Shown here: in pieces, positions 1-12,300 of the stretch | Layout: every line of letters starts with the position of its first letter | How positions within the stretch are numbered: the stretch's first letter is position 1 | Source: Lytechinus pictus | Taxonomy: Eukaryota | Length of the DNA: 64,000 nucleotides | Reading direction: 5' to 3' | Assembly (NCBI RefSeq): GCF_037042905.1 | Contig: NC_087246.1 | Coordinates: 3,722,001 to 3,786,000, forward strand | Translations under genes and position numbers: made by a program | The notes under the pieces: model-generated | What the model saw: the letters and a program-made list of their open reading frames with translations, nothing else | Told to the model about the DNA's origin: nothing | The model's database searches: none

Positions 1-890
1 TATTTTCTCATTTATGCATATTTTTTCCCTTCATTTTATTCACCTCAGAATCAGAGAAAAGAATTTAGGTAGCAAAATGACAAATGCTCTCTTATAAAAC
101 TATCAAGTGCTTCAACAGATTTAAGTGGAGAATTATTCCAGATGGTTTCAGTAACTTTATTTATTTCAGCTACTCATTAATTTTCATTGTAATAAGTAAG
201 TAACTTGCTATTCCGCCACCATATATATAATTCCCTATTGAGTGCTAAGACTAGATTTTTTTTTGGGGGGGTATATTTTTAAATGTACGTAGACCGTTGA
301 AAGTTTCTTCATGCTTATATGTTTTAATGAGAAGGGCGTGGCTGACCTTTATTGCAAATAACATCTCGCTTTCCGGGACTTCTTCATAACTCACTTGTTA
401 TATTTGGGTATGGGTGTAACATAAGAAAATGAAGTAATGAATGAACTTCTGTTTGCATATTGTCATTCAACCAATACATTTCATAATCACAAAGACAATT
501 GATTCATACAGATTAAAATTCTGATTTTGATGTTTGTTGTAGAATGAAAAAACAAAGAAAATTTGATTGAAGTGTTATTTGAATACTTGTATGGAATCAA
601 TGATTTGGAACTTCAAATATTTTTTTGTTTAACTCCTTAAAAAACAATAAACTCTCTATTTGAACTGTTATGAAAATTACTTTCGTTATTTGCAGCAAAA
701 AAGAATATGATCTGAATAGCATCAAATTATCAATCATGGATATAGATATATATGAGAAATATAATTTGAAATTACACTCATTATTTTGGATGAATTTAGT
801 GTATTTCTGAAATATTTGCAGTATTAAAGTCCAGTGGTTAATTTTTTTAATTAAATGTCATGCATTCAGTTTGTGTGTGTGCTCTCTCAG

Positions 891-939
891 CATTTGGCTA
901 AAGATTTGCAGGCAAAGGAGACACCCTCATTCACTTCAT
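891..939 (+). CDS. Possible small upstream exon of PITPNM
   Basis: ctctctcag|CATTTG...TTCAT|gtaaga; reads HLAKDLQAKETPSFTS and its phase fits the 6249 exon, but it has no recognisable motif. Confidence 0.3.
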
Positions 940-1372
940 GTAAGACATAATGACATTAATTGCCAAGGACGAGTTTAATCTGTAAGTTTTTACAGTATCT
1001 TAGTTTTTCATTTGTCTTGCTAGTATAAACAAGAAATTTTAACATATTTAGGCCCTTCAAAAATCAGACTTTGGTTTTAAGAATGAGATGGTAATAAATA
1101 TTGATGCAATCTAAGCGTAGATACAAGCGTGTACATCCAGCAAACTACCTTATTTTCCAGCTTATAATGACATCTCATTGAATATACCATGGCCATTCAT
1201 AATTCAACACAGTTACATGTACTAAGGTGATGTCAAAACTTAGAATATAACAAATGCTATCCTTGCAGCTTTGATTACCTGATGGGGCATTGTCTGACAG
1301 CTGATTAGAATCTACATAAACTATAGATGTAATATTTAACAACACAGTTGGAGAGGACGTTGGAGCAATTAA

Positions 1373-4300
1373 GGACGTTCCACAGTTATGTTTGTGCGCA
1401 TCATGATCTACGCATATTTTACACTGTGCGCGCTGACGTCACAATGGATGAACTGGCGATTTAATCAGCTGTAGGTAATGTGAGCTGATTTTTCTCCTTA
1501 TATCTGCACTAACTGCAGATAATGTGTTATTTTATGAAGCTAATAAACTGGAATTATTCCATGGACCATTTTTTTTATTCCTCTACAATTTCAAAATAGT
1601 TTCTCTGTAGTGCTGCAAAGTATGATGAATATGACCCTGAGTTTGAATAAATGGAAAAGTGGTTCAGAATTTTTCCTCACAAAGATACTGCTTTTGGTGC
1701 GTTTTCGGGTGTTTTAAGAAGCAAATTTGCTCTAATAAGAGTGCTGATAGTTTGAAAACAAGCACATGAACCCATATCTTTTAATGTTTGCACCTCTTAG
1801 GTATACCTTCCTCTACAACTTTGCAAAGTTTGGTGAAAATTACATGTTTTGAATAAAGTGCAGCATTTCTTTTACTTCTCAAGTTTGTTATTGAAATTTG
1901 AAATTTTTGAGGTTGAGTACCTTTCCCCACAATTTCTAAGAACTGAGAGTGTTGTTAGACTTAAATGAGCAAACAATTGACAGCAATATAGATTATCCAT
2001 CTTACAGATACAATTATTAATCATATTGCAAAATCTGATGAAATTTTCATGGATTTTGACCGAGTAATAGGGCTTTAAACTAATTGTTGTGATCTCTTGA
2101 GGTCTAAAAATGACAAATTCTTTTGGATGTGCAATTCTTAAGAACATCATTCATTTTGGGGTAATTTTGAAGCTCTCTAGCAAAAAATCAAGCACATAGA
2201 CCCATGTTCATTTTTGCATATTTGGAATATTCAGGTGCTAAAGTATCTATGTGCAAAGTATGATGAAAATGACATGGATTTTCAATGTTTGGGAGCAAGA
2301 CTACGGAACCATTTGCATTTTAGACAGGTATTAACAGATTTTTGCTTGTTTTTGGTGCATTTTAGGTTGTTTCAAGCCAACTCGCAATACTTTGGACACT
2401 GATAATTTGAAAACGAGCACATGGACCCCATAGTTTAAATGTCTGAACTTCTTCAGAATATATTCCTCTACAAATCTAGAGAGTATGATGAAAATGACAT
2501 GGATTTTGATTGTTTGGGAGCAGGACTAAGGAACCATTCGTGTCTTAGACATTATGGACGGTATTAGACTTTTGCCCGTTTTCTGCGCATTTTTGGGCTG
2601 TTTCAAGCCAACTCGCAACAGTTTAGACACTGATAGTTTAAAAACAAGAACATGGACCCCATATTTTTGTTATTTTAATGTCTTCAGAATATATTCTTCT
2701 AAAAATCTGGAGAGTATGATGAAAATTACATGGATTTTGAATGTTTGGGGGCAAAACTATGGAACCATTCGCATTTTAGACGGCATTATTAGACTTTTGC
2801 ACGTTTCGGGTGCATTTTGGGTGATTTTCATGCCAATTCATATCACTTTGGACACTCATAGTTAAAAAACGAGCACATGATCCCAATATTTTTAACTTCC
2901 CTACACCTTCGATATGCATTCCTCTACAATTTAGCCGAATTTGATGAAAATGACATGGATTTTGAAAAAAGTGCAGCTTACAAAATACTTTTTTTAATTT
3001 TTGAGTAGATTCACATATTTGAAGATTTGTTTTTTCCGAGTTTTTGCACCATTCTTGCCAAATAAGGGTGCTGCTGACATATGAATTTCATGGTTCAGTT
3101 AAGCGATCACCCGTCAGCGCCGCCCAAACTCACAATTATCATAACGTTACGCCTATGGGAAAAATCGTGAATTAGTCGCTTACTATTGCAATAACATAAT
3201 ATCATGTATGAAAATCGCTTTGGCAGAACCAGATCTAAAATCCCCAAAATTTTCTCATCCCCACAATATATTTTTTACTTAATTTTGAAATAACTTATTT
3301 TCGTCAATTTTCACATTTCTAAAGTAACATTTTGCTCTATTTCCCCCTTTTTGAGCGCGATATGTGTGAAATTCGCTTGTTTTTCTCACTTAGGGGGTTT
3401 TCATCTCAGTGTTACTTGAAAACGGTAGCAGACGAACCTTTGGTAGAACCGCCAAAATAAAGAGTCTTACTTCAGCTTTTTTCTGATATAAGGGTCATTT
3501 GGATTGGATAAAAGTTCATCCCGTCATTTTTCACGTCTAATCAGATGTTCCCTTAGAAGATTAGCCAAAACGGGAAGAAACCGCAGTCGCGATTACTACA
3601 CACAAAACCTATAGCGTGTGGGCAACTAGTGCAGTGGCCTGGAAACAACTGTCATTTTAATGGTTAGCAAACTCCACTTTTTCTCTTCATTTTTTAATTT
3701 GAATATTACAGACATGAAAAATAACATCTGTAGAGCGAACAGTATGAATTAATATCGCATTTAAATAACGTGCACTTCGTTTATTTGGAAGTATTCACAC
3801 CCCTTCACACGTATTAGTTTTGTTTTTGTGCCGTGGCCTGTGCAGCTGAACGGTCAGTAGACTGTACCAACGGCAAATAGGGGTGTTGAGTACCCGTCTA
3901 GTCTGGGCCGGGAGCACTTACGAAGTTACGGTGCGTGTGAAAGAATGTGAGGAATGTGAAAGAATGTGTCTGTACTGTGACAGTGACACTCCATGCACTG
4001 GATTGTCCCGTACATAATTAGTATTGTTTACACAGGGCAAAACATCCCCTTTTTGTTATAATGGAAGCGTCTGCCCAACTCTTCGCCTTTGCTCGCTCTG
4101 CGTGTTCACCCGCCCTATGCGCGCATATCAACTGTGCGCACAGTTGGAAACCACGTATTGTAAGGTGATTTTAGCTGGACAAATTGGGCGAAACAAATTC
4201 ATATGTCCAAATAGATATAGTTTTACCAAATAAAAGACTTTCTCTTTCTTTGGTATACACTTTGTTATATATCTTGAAAATTTGATGCGGTATCCACTGA

Positions 4301-4535
4301 GTAAAGATGATTTAAACTCATTTGGTGAATACGTGAGGTCTAAGAGAGGCATAATTCTCTTGATTGCGCAAGATTGCATATCATTCAAATACGGCGACTT
4401 TGAAGACTCGCAAAAAAAAAAAAAGCACATGAACCTATATTATTTTTTGCATTTTCATAATGCATAGATACCAAAGTAACTCTCTGCCAAATTTGGTGAA
4501 AATGACATTGACTTAATTTTAACTGTGGAACGTCC
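1373..4535. mobile_element. Non-autonomous Kolobok-like DNA transposon (about 3.2 kb)
   Basis: Perfect 16-bp TIR GGACGTTCCACAGTTA / TAACTGTGGAACGTCC, flanked by TTAA at 1369-1372 and 4536-4539; RR..YY termini; internal direct repeats of about 225-230 bp (agcacatg..ccc at about 1761, 2192, 2417, 2647, 2872, 4424); no transposase ORF seen. Confidence 0.85.
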
Positions 4536-5919
4536 TTAAATTCCAACAAACTTCAATCCTTGTTGAAGCATTTCCATTTAAGTTTCATCAGGTTTATTTT
4601 CTCAAGTCTGAAAGGGCCCATCAGTGTCAATTTCAATTTCAATAAATTATCAAAATTGCTGTGTTGAATTAGAGATGGGGAAAACAGGGAGAGTCCCCTT
4701 AAAAAACTCTGAAGTTTATCACGTTGAGATGCACATTTTACCTCATGATACATGTATGTGATTTGCATTTATATGAGAAATAAATCTTCTAGGAGGCTTG
4801 TAGTGTACTACGTGCAGAAATGAATTCACATTGATGCTAGAATTACCAGAGTCAAGGGACCGGGCTGCATTTGTGATTTCATTATGTCATTATGCGTTAC
4901 CATTGTTAGCCTAGGGGCATGTTCGTAATCCCATATTGGCCACGTCATTCATATTCTACATTAGTTACGTCTTTCATTTAGAATGTGGTATGTTTGGCAA
5001 ACAAGATTTTGAACCTAATTGATATTGTTGATTGACTAGATCCTGTTTTTATCGCGGTAATATTCATCAATCAACTTGGCCCTGGAGTTAAAAGACGTGA
5101 AAGAGTTTCTTATGTCTGATCACATCTCTCGTATTATGACCAATATGGTTAGAGAACCTCTATCATGGTCTAAATTATACAATATTGACAATGCATTATG
5201 TTACATTCTAATGCAGCCCTCACGAAATGAAAAATTCATTATGCACACTTGATTTGGGTATGAATATTGATAAGGTTAGTGTACTCCTTACCCTCCTTGT
5301 TTGTGCCGTATATATCAGCCAGTTACGTTTTAAACACCACATTTCAGCGCCACCCCATCCCCGTATGAACGCATGCCTGGTATGAACGACTGATGTATTT
5401 TGCTCACCAGATGCAAGCTAGTGGCAGGTGCAGACTGTGTTCGACATATCCAGTTGCATTGGAATCAAGCAGTGGCATGGAGCATTAACATGGCTGAAAC
5501 TTGAGGTTGGTTGCAGAAAAGTGGCCCAGATTTGACCATCTTTCTTTGAAGTGAGGAGAAGAGGAATACTCTCAGAAGAGAGTGTTGTAGTTTACAGTTA
5601 TCCTCCTGAAGGCAATTATGCCTTGTTTATTGCAGAATACTGAATGATGCAGAACCTTCAGCAGTGAGCTTGGTTGATATATCAGCAGATATTCTTCATG
5701 TCCTGCAACATATTCAAGTGCAATGTGAACTTATAAGTCATATTAAATGGAGATTGATGATTGGTGTTGATTCAGAAAAATGCATCCAGGCGACCCTTCA
5801 TTGTGTGTGTAATGCATCTGGTGAATACACATAATTTTGTATGTAGTCATTCATTTTGTCTGTATGACTTCAGTGATAGTTTTGTTTTGTTTCAACAACT
5901 TCAGATGGTCATTACTAAT

Positions 5920-6225
5920 GATGATTATGATTTATCCTTCACCATCATTATTTTCATCGTTATAATAGTCATCATTGTCATCATTATCGTAATGATCATA
6001 ATCATCATTGTCAACGTCACCATCTTCATTATCTTGTCATGTTAAGCAGGCCCGGCTGGTAGAACGTTTTTGAGGCTACCCTGGATGAAGTCTCTTCTTC
6101 TTCTTCTTCTTATCATTATTCTTATTCTCATAGTTATTTTTTATTATTATTATTATCATTTTTATTATTATTATTGTTATTATTATTTTATTATCATCAT
6201 ATTATTATTAATATTATTATTATGT
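5920..6225 (+). repeat. Degenerate (ATC)n, (CTT)n and (TTA)n microsatellites just upstream of the FFAT exon
   Basis: Visible trinucleotide runs; source of two spurious hydrophobic ORFs. Confidence 0.85.
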
Positions 6226-6248
6226 TACCTTATCCTATTCTGTTTCAG

Positions 6249-6347
6249 GTTCTAGAGAATCCAATAGCCACACATTAGCTCACTGGCATATGGATAGCAT
6301 ACAGCAGGATTCGGACAGCTCAGATGAGGAGTTCTTTGATGCAAAAG
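6249..6347 (+). CDS. PITPNM: PITPNM exon (FFAT motif)
   Basis: tttcag|GT TCT AGA...; [32 protein letters not shown]; ends AAA G|gtaagg. Confidence 0.92.
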
Positions 6348-9300
6348 GTAAGGGGACTTATACTTGGTCTTATAAATTTTGTTTCAAAAACAGTTCTGTG
6401 ACTTCATGTTCTCATGAATATGCAATGACCAAGCTGATGATGTTATTCCTACTTGTACTTTTTGTATTTTGTAAAATGATATAAAGTTTTTCCTCCAGTA
6501 ATGTAAAAATGAGATTGACTACTGATTTGCTGTGTAAGATAATCATCGCTAAAACTCATTTTTACAATTATGCAATTTTGTCTGTTTTCTAATTGCGCTA
6601 TTTTCATATTCTCTATTACCTACTTGGTAGGTAATAATAAATGGTTTGCTAACTAAAAACCATCAAAAATTTGTATTTATATAGACATCAAAGAGATAGA
6701 GAGGGGAAAGGAGCATAGCATTAAGAAAAGAAAAGAATCATAATTCAAATAATTTGCACAGACAATAGAGTTTAGAATTCTATATCTCTTGTTGTAAGCC
6801 ATATGTGGCAATTTCGTGAGATATTTGGCCGGGGGGGGGGGGGGGGGGGCCTGTTGCACCCACAAATGTAATAACGCCCACAAATGTAATAACGCCCACA
6901 AATGTAATAACACTTTACCCACAAATGTAATAATGCCCACAAATGTAATAACACTTTACCCACAAAAGTAATAATTTCACCCACAAATGTAATAATGCTC
7001 TTTACCCACAAATGTAATAATTTTTGATCGCCCACAAATGTAATAATGACTTTACCCACAAATGTAATAAATTTGAAGGGATTTTTGGCGAATCCGTTCT
7101 AAAATAAAATCCTGTAGTAATGCATTCATATAGCGATGGACCTATTGTAATAGGTCCATGATATAGCACAAAAGTGCAGTCTTTTTTCCAGACCCGGTTA
7201 ATAAAACAATTATAATGTAAGTCCAAAGTCTTTTTTTCCAGACCTGGTTATTTCAAAAATTATAATATAAGTCCAAAGTCTTTTTTCCAGACCCGGTTGT
7301 TTCAAAAATTATAATATAAGTCCAAAGTCTTTTTTTCCAGACCCGGTTGTTTCCAAAATTATGATATATTTCCAAAGTCTTTTTTCCAGACCCGGTAATT
7401 TCAAAAATTATAATATAAGTCCAAAGTCTTTTTTCCAGACCCGGTTATTTCAAAAATTAAAATATAAGTCCAAAGTCTTTTTTCCAGACCCGGTTGTTTC
7501 AAAAATTATAATATAAGTTCAAAGTCTTTTTTTCCAGACCTGGTTATTTCAAAAATTATAATATAAGTCCAAAGTCTTTTTTCCAGACCCGGTTGTTTCA
7601 AAAATTATAATATAAGTTCAAAGTCTTTTTTCCAGACCCGGTTGTTTCAAAAATTATAATATAAGTCCAAAGTCTTTTTTCCAGACCCGGTTGTTTCAAA
7701 AATTATAATATAAGTCCAAAGTCTTTTTTTCCAGACCCGGTTGTTAAAAAAATTATAATATAAGTCCAAAGTCTTTTTTCCAGACCCAGTTGTTTCAAAA
7801 ATTATAATTTTAGTCCAAAGTCTTTTTTCCAGACCCGGTTGTTTCAAAAATTATAATATAAGTCCAAAGTCTTTTTTCCAGACCCAGTTGTTTCAAAAAT
7901 TATAATTTTAGTCCAAAGTCTTTTTTCCAGACCCGGTTGTTTCAAAAATTATAATATAACTTGTGGAATAAATGTCTTGTTGTGGTTCTAACTTATACGG
8001 CGCGTATCGTGAATATATGCGCAAAGAGTAAATTGAGAATCAAGTGTAGTCTTTTCTCCGGACCCAGTTACTTAAAATCAAAAACTAAAACCCTATAGTA
8101 ATGCGTTCATATAGCACAAAAGTGTAAAGTCTTTTTTCCAGACCCGGTTAATTCAAAAATTATAAAATAAGTCCAAAGTCTTTTTTCCAGACCCGGTTGT
8201 TTCAAATATTATAAGTCCAAACTAAGATACGATAATGCTATTCCAGTGGAATAAAAATGAGAATCGAGCTTAGTCTTTTCTCCAGACCCAGTTAATTAAA
8301 GCTGGTGGAATAAATGTCTTTGTTGTTTTTAGAAATTATACGGCGCGTATTGTGCATATATGCGCTTAGAGTAATTTCAGAACCAAGCGTAGTCTTTTCT
8401 CCAGACCCGGTTATTTAAAACTAAAAACTAAAACCCTATAGTAATGCCTTCATATAGCACAAAAGTGCAAAGTCTTTTTTCCAGACCCGGTTAATTCAAA
8501 AATGATAATAAAAGTCAAAGTCTTTTTTCGAGACCTGTTTGAGTAAAAAAATATGATATAAGTCCAAAGCCTTTTTTCCAGACCCGGTTGTTAAAAAATT
8601 ATACTATAAGTCTAAAGTCTTTTTTCCAGACCCGGTTATTTCAAAAATCATAATATAAGTCCAAACTAAGATACCATAATGATATTCCAGTGGAATAAAA
8701 ATGAAAATTGAGCTTAGTCTTTTCTCTAAACCCTGTTATTCCAAAATTATAAATAACAATTCAACAACAAAAACAGTATAAAGACTTCATAATCTTTTTA
8801 ATGATGGATAACATGGACATATAGAGTAGTCTTTCAGCCAGACCCAGTTTTTTTTTTCCAAAATATCGCAAATAGTAATAATAAAAAACTACAAATCTAA
8901 GACCAAGCAATCCTTCAACCTAAGAACCTGTTTTAAAAAGAGGTTAAGAACGTTGTCTTTATTCCAGACCTAATCATTGAAAATATTACCCAAAATAATC
9001 TTCTAACGTAAGACCCTATCATATTCATATTCTTGTGGAATAAGACGAGATTCAAAACGTATTCTTTCCTCCAGACCCAGTTATTAAAAAAATGAAATTT
9101 AAAAATACTTCAAATCTAAGACCAATTTTCAAAAATTACACCCATAAAAAAATGTCTTTACCCCACACCCATTTTTTTTTTATAAATAATACTAAGACCC
9201 CTACAAAACATTGTAATAATGCATGGGTAAAGCAATCATCTTTTCTCAAGATTTGGTTATTATTTGAAAAAATAAAAAAAAATACAAATATTCTAAAACG

Positions 9301-12300
9301 AATACCCAATAATCTAATTACTGTGGAATAACATGAAGATCGATTGTAGAATTTCCTCCAGACACAGTTATTTCAAGAATAAAAAAGCAATAAAAAACCC
9401 AACCCCCAACAACGAATCTAAGATCCATCAATCCTCCAAATTAAGACCATGTAAAAAAGCACATGTTTAGAGCGTTGTCTTTATTCTAGACCCAGTCATT
9501 TAAAAATGATTTAAACAATCTTAAAAAACATAAAACTTTGTCATATTCTTATTCCTGTGGAATAATCCATTCCATTCCTTGTTTTTATTTGGCAATAAGT
9601 CATTATTATAACCCGAGTATTATGATTAGTCTTTCTTCTAGACCCGGTTATTTAAAAGATAAACAATCATTGAAAAAAAATCTAGGCTAAGACCAATCTT
9701 CAAAATTAAACCCAGTTAAAATGCTTGGGTTTAGAGTGTTGTCTTTACCCCACACCTAGTTCTCTTAAAAATACAAATTAAGCCAAACTGTAAAAATCAT
9801 GTGATAACGCAAACCACAAAGACGACAAATTAATCATAGGCGTAAATATTCATATGATACGCGCCTTAAAATCCAAGATAACAACAACAATGTTTTTCTA
9901 CATCAATGATATTGTGGGGTCTTTACTGATACTGTTTGTTTGTTTTCATTGTTTCTTATAATTTCCTATTTTGAAATAACTGGGTCTGGAGCAAAGACTA
10001 CACCATATTTCCATGCTATCCAATGTTGATAAGATTGCAGGGTCTTTGTTTTGTTGTTGTTGTTGTGTTTTTTAATGATTTTTATTACTGGGTCTTGAGA
10101 AAAGACCACGCTATATTTCAATATTATTCAACATGAATTGGATCGTGGGTCGTTGTTTTTTATTATTATTATTATTCATTTGTTATTTGAAATATCTGGG
10201 TCTGGATGAAAGACTGCGCTATATTCCTATGTTATTTAACATTAATAAGATAGTGGGGGTCTTTGTTTCTTGTTGACTCTTTAAAAAATGATTTGTAATT
10301 TTGAAATAAGTGGGTCTGGAGGAAAGACTACGCTATATTTCCATGTTATTCAACATCAGTAAGACTGTGGGGCCTTTGTTTTATTATTATTATATATCTT
10401 TTCTATGATTTGTTATTTTAAAATAACTGGGTCTTGAAAAAAGACTACTTTATATTTTCAAGTTATTCAACATCAATGAGATAGTGGAGTCTTTGTTAAT
10501 AGTGTTCTTTATGATATGCAATTGTGAAATAACCGGGGCTGGAACAAAGACTTTGGACTTATATTATAATTTTTTTAACAACCGGGTCTGGAAAAAAGAC
10601 TTTGGACTTATATCATAATTTTTGAAACAACCGGGTCTGGAAAAAAGACTTTGGACTTATATTATAATTTTTTAATCAACCGGGTCTGGAAAAAAGACTT
10701 TGGACTTATATCATAATTTTGGAAACAACTGGGTCTGGAAAAAAGACTTTGGACTTTTATCATAATTTTTTTAACAACCGGGTCTGGAAAAAAAGACTGG
10801 ACTTTTATCATAATTTTTTAAACAACCGGGTCTGGAAAAAAGACTTTGGACTTACATTATAATTTTTTAATTAACCGGGTCTGGAAAAAAGACTTTGCAC
10901 TTTTGTGCTATATCATGGACCTATTACGATAGGTCAATCGCTATATGAACGCATTACTACAGGATTTTAGTTTAGAACGGATTCGCCAAAAATCCCTTCA
11001 AATTTATTACATTTGTGGGTAAAGTCATTATTACATTTGTGGGCGATCAAAATTATTACATTTGTGGGTAAAGTGCATTATTACATTTGTGGGCGAAATT
11101 ATTACATTTGTGGGTAAAGTGTTATTACATTTGTGGGCGTTATTACATTTGTGGGTAAAGTGTTATTACATTTGTGGGCGTTATTACATTTGTGGGCGAT
11201 TATTACATTTGTGGGTGTAACAGGGCCTCCCATAGGCTGCAATACAAAATCTGAGGGGGGCACATCATTCTCCAATATTTTTTATTTAAAATCATCTGTC
11301 CCCTTTGTTCATACAGATACATGGTCATTAGCTATCTATAGTAGATCTGAACTTGTAGATCAAACTTTATCTACTTTTGAGGTCAAAATTAATTCAATAA
11401 GTAGGGACAGATGACGACGGTGATTTTCTCTTGCATTCTAATATTTATTACACATGATTGATTTCATTCATGCATTGGTGCACAAGAAATGTCCATTAGC
11501 TGTAGTAGTTGTATATATGGAATCACAGGCTCAAATGTCACCAGTTTTAGGGACAGGCAATATTGGGTTCGGGAGGCACTTTCTCACAATAATTTTTAAG
11601 GGCAGCAAGGCAAGTTAGAGGGGCACCAAGGCAAAACCAAAGAAATATGAAAGGGCACTAAAGCTTTTTCAGTATTGGATTTTTCAATACCGGTATTAAT
11701 ATTACATTCAATACCATTACACTAACTAATACCATCTCTATTTCAGAGATGATTGTTTACAAGTCACAGAGGGGCACCAGTGGCCGATCTTTCATTTTCT
11801 ATTGCTTTACCTTTTTCAAGTTAGTTTCAAAACAATGACTTCCACGATCTTGGTTTTGGAAAAAAGACCACAACAAGGAGTGAAAATGATTTTTAAACAA
11901 TATAGTTTCACTTCTCACAGAATCTTTTCAAAATATTCACCATGATAATATTTGTTTTCATGGCAATGACTGATCCGTGAACATGTCATGAGTCTGTCTC
12001 ATGCTAGCGGGTAGATCTGTCTATCTGCGCCATGCACAATGCAATCAACTTGCACGAGATCTGGGCCCTGTATTATGCAAAGTCATGTGATATATTGATT
12101 GCGCAATCGAGGGCTATCTCACGTGTGTGTGCGCCCACCTTGCTTCATGTGCGAGCTGCGGGGGTTGGGGAGGCGCATTTCTAGTGTTATTGTGCAGAGG
12201 TGTAAAACATTGTGCAAGACTTGAAAATTTTTCACTCACGCAGCAAAGCTCATTACCAATCAATGGATATTTGTTATTTGTATAAGTTTCAAGTGAAAGG

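Noticed and set aside
5761..6255. Hydrophobic Ile/Tyr-rich ORFs resembling membrane proteins
   Set aside because: They derive from trinucleotide microsatellites.
6677..11414. Repetitive ORFs (LLHLW..., ETTGSGKK...) on both strands
   Set aside because: They are translations of the foldback element's tandem repeats.
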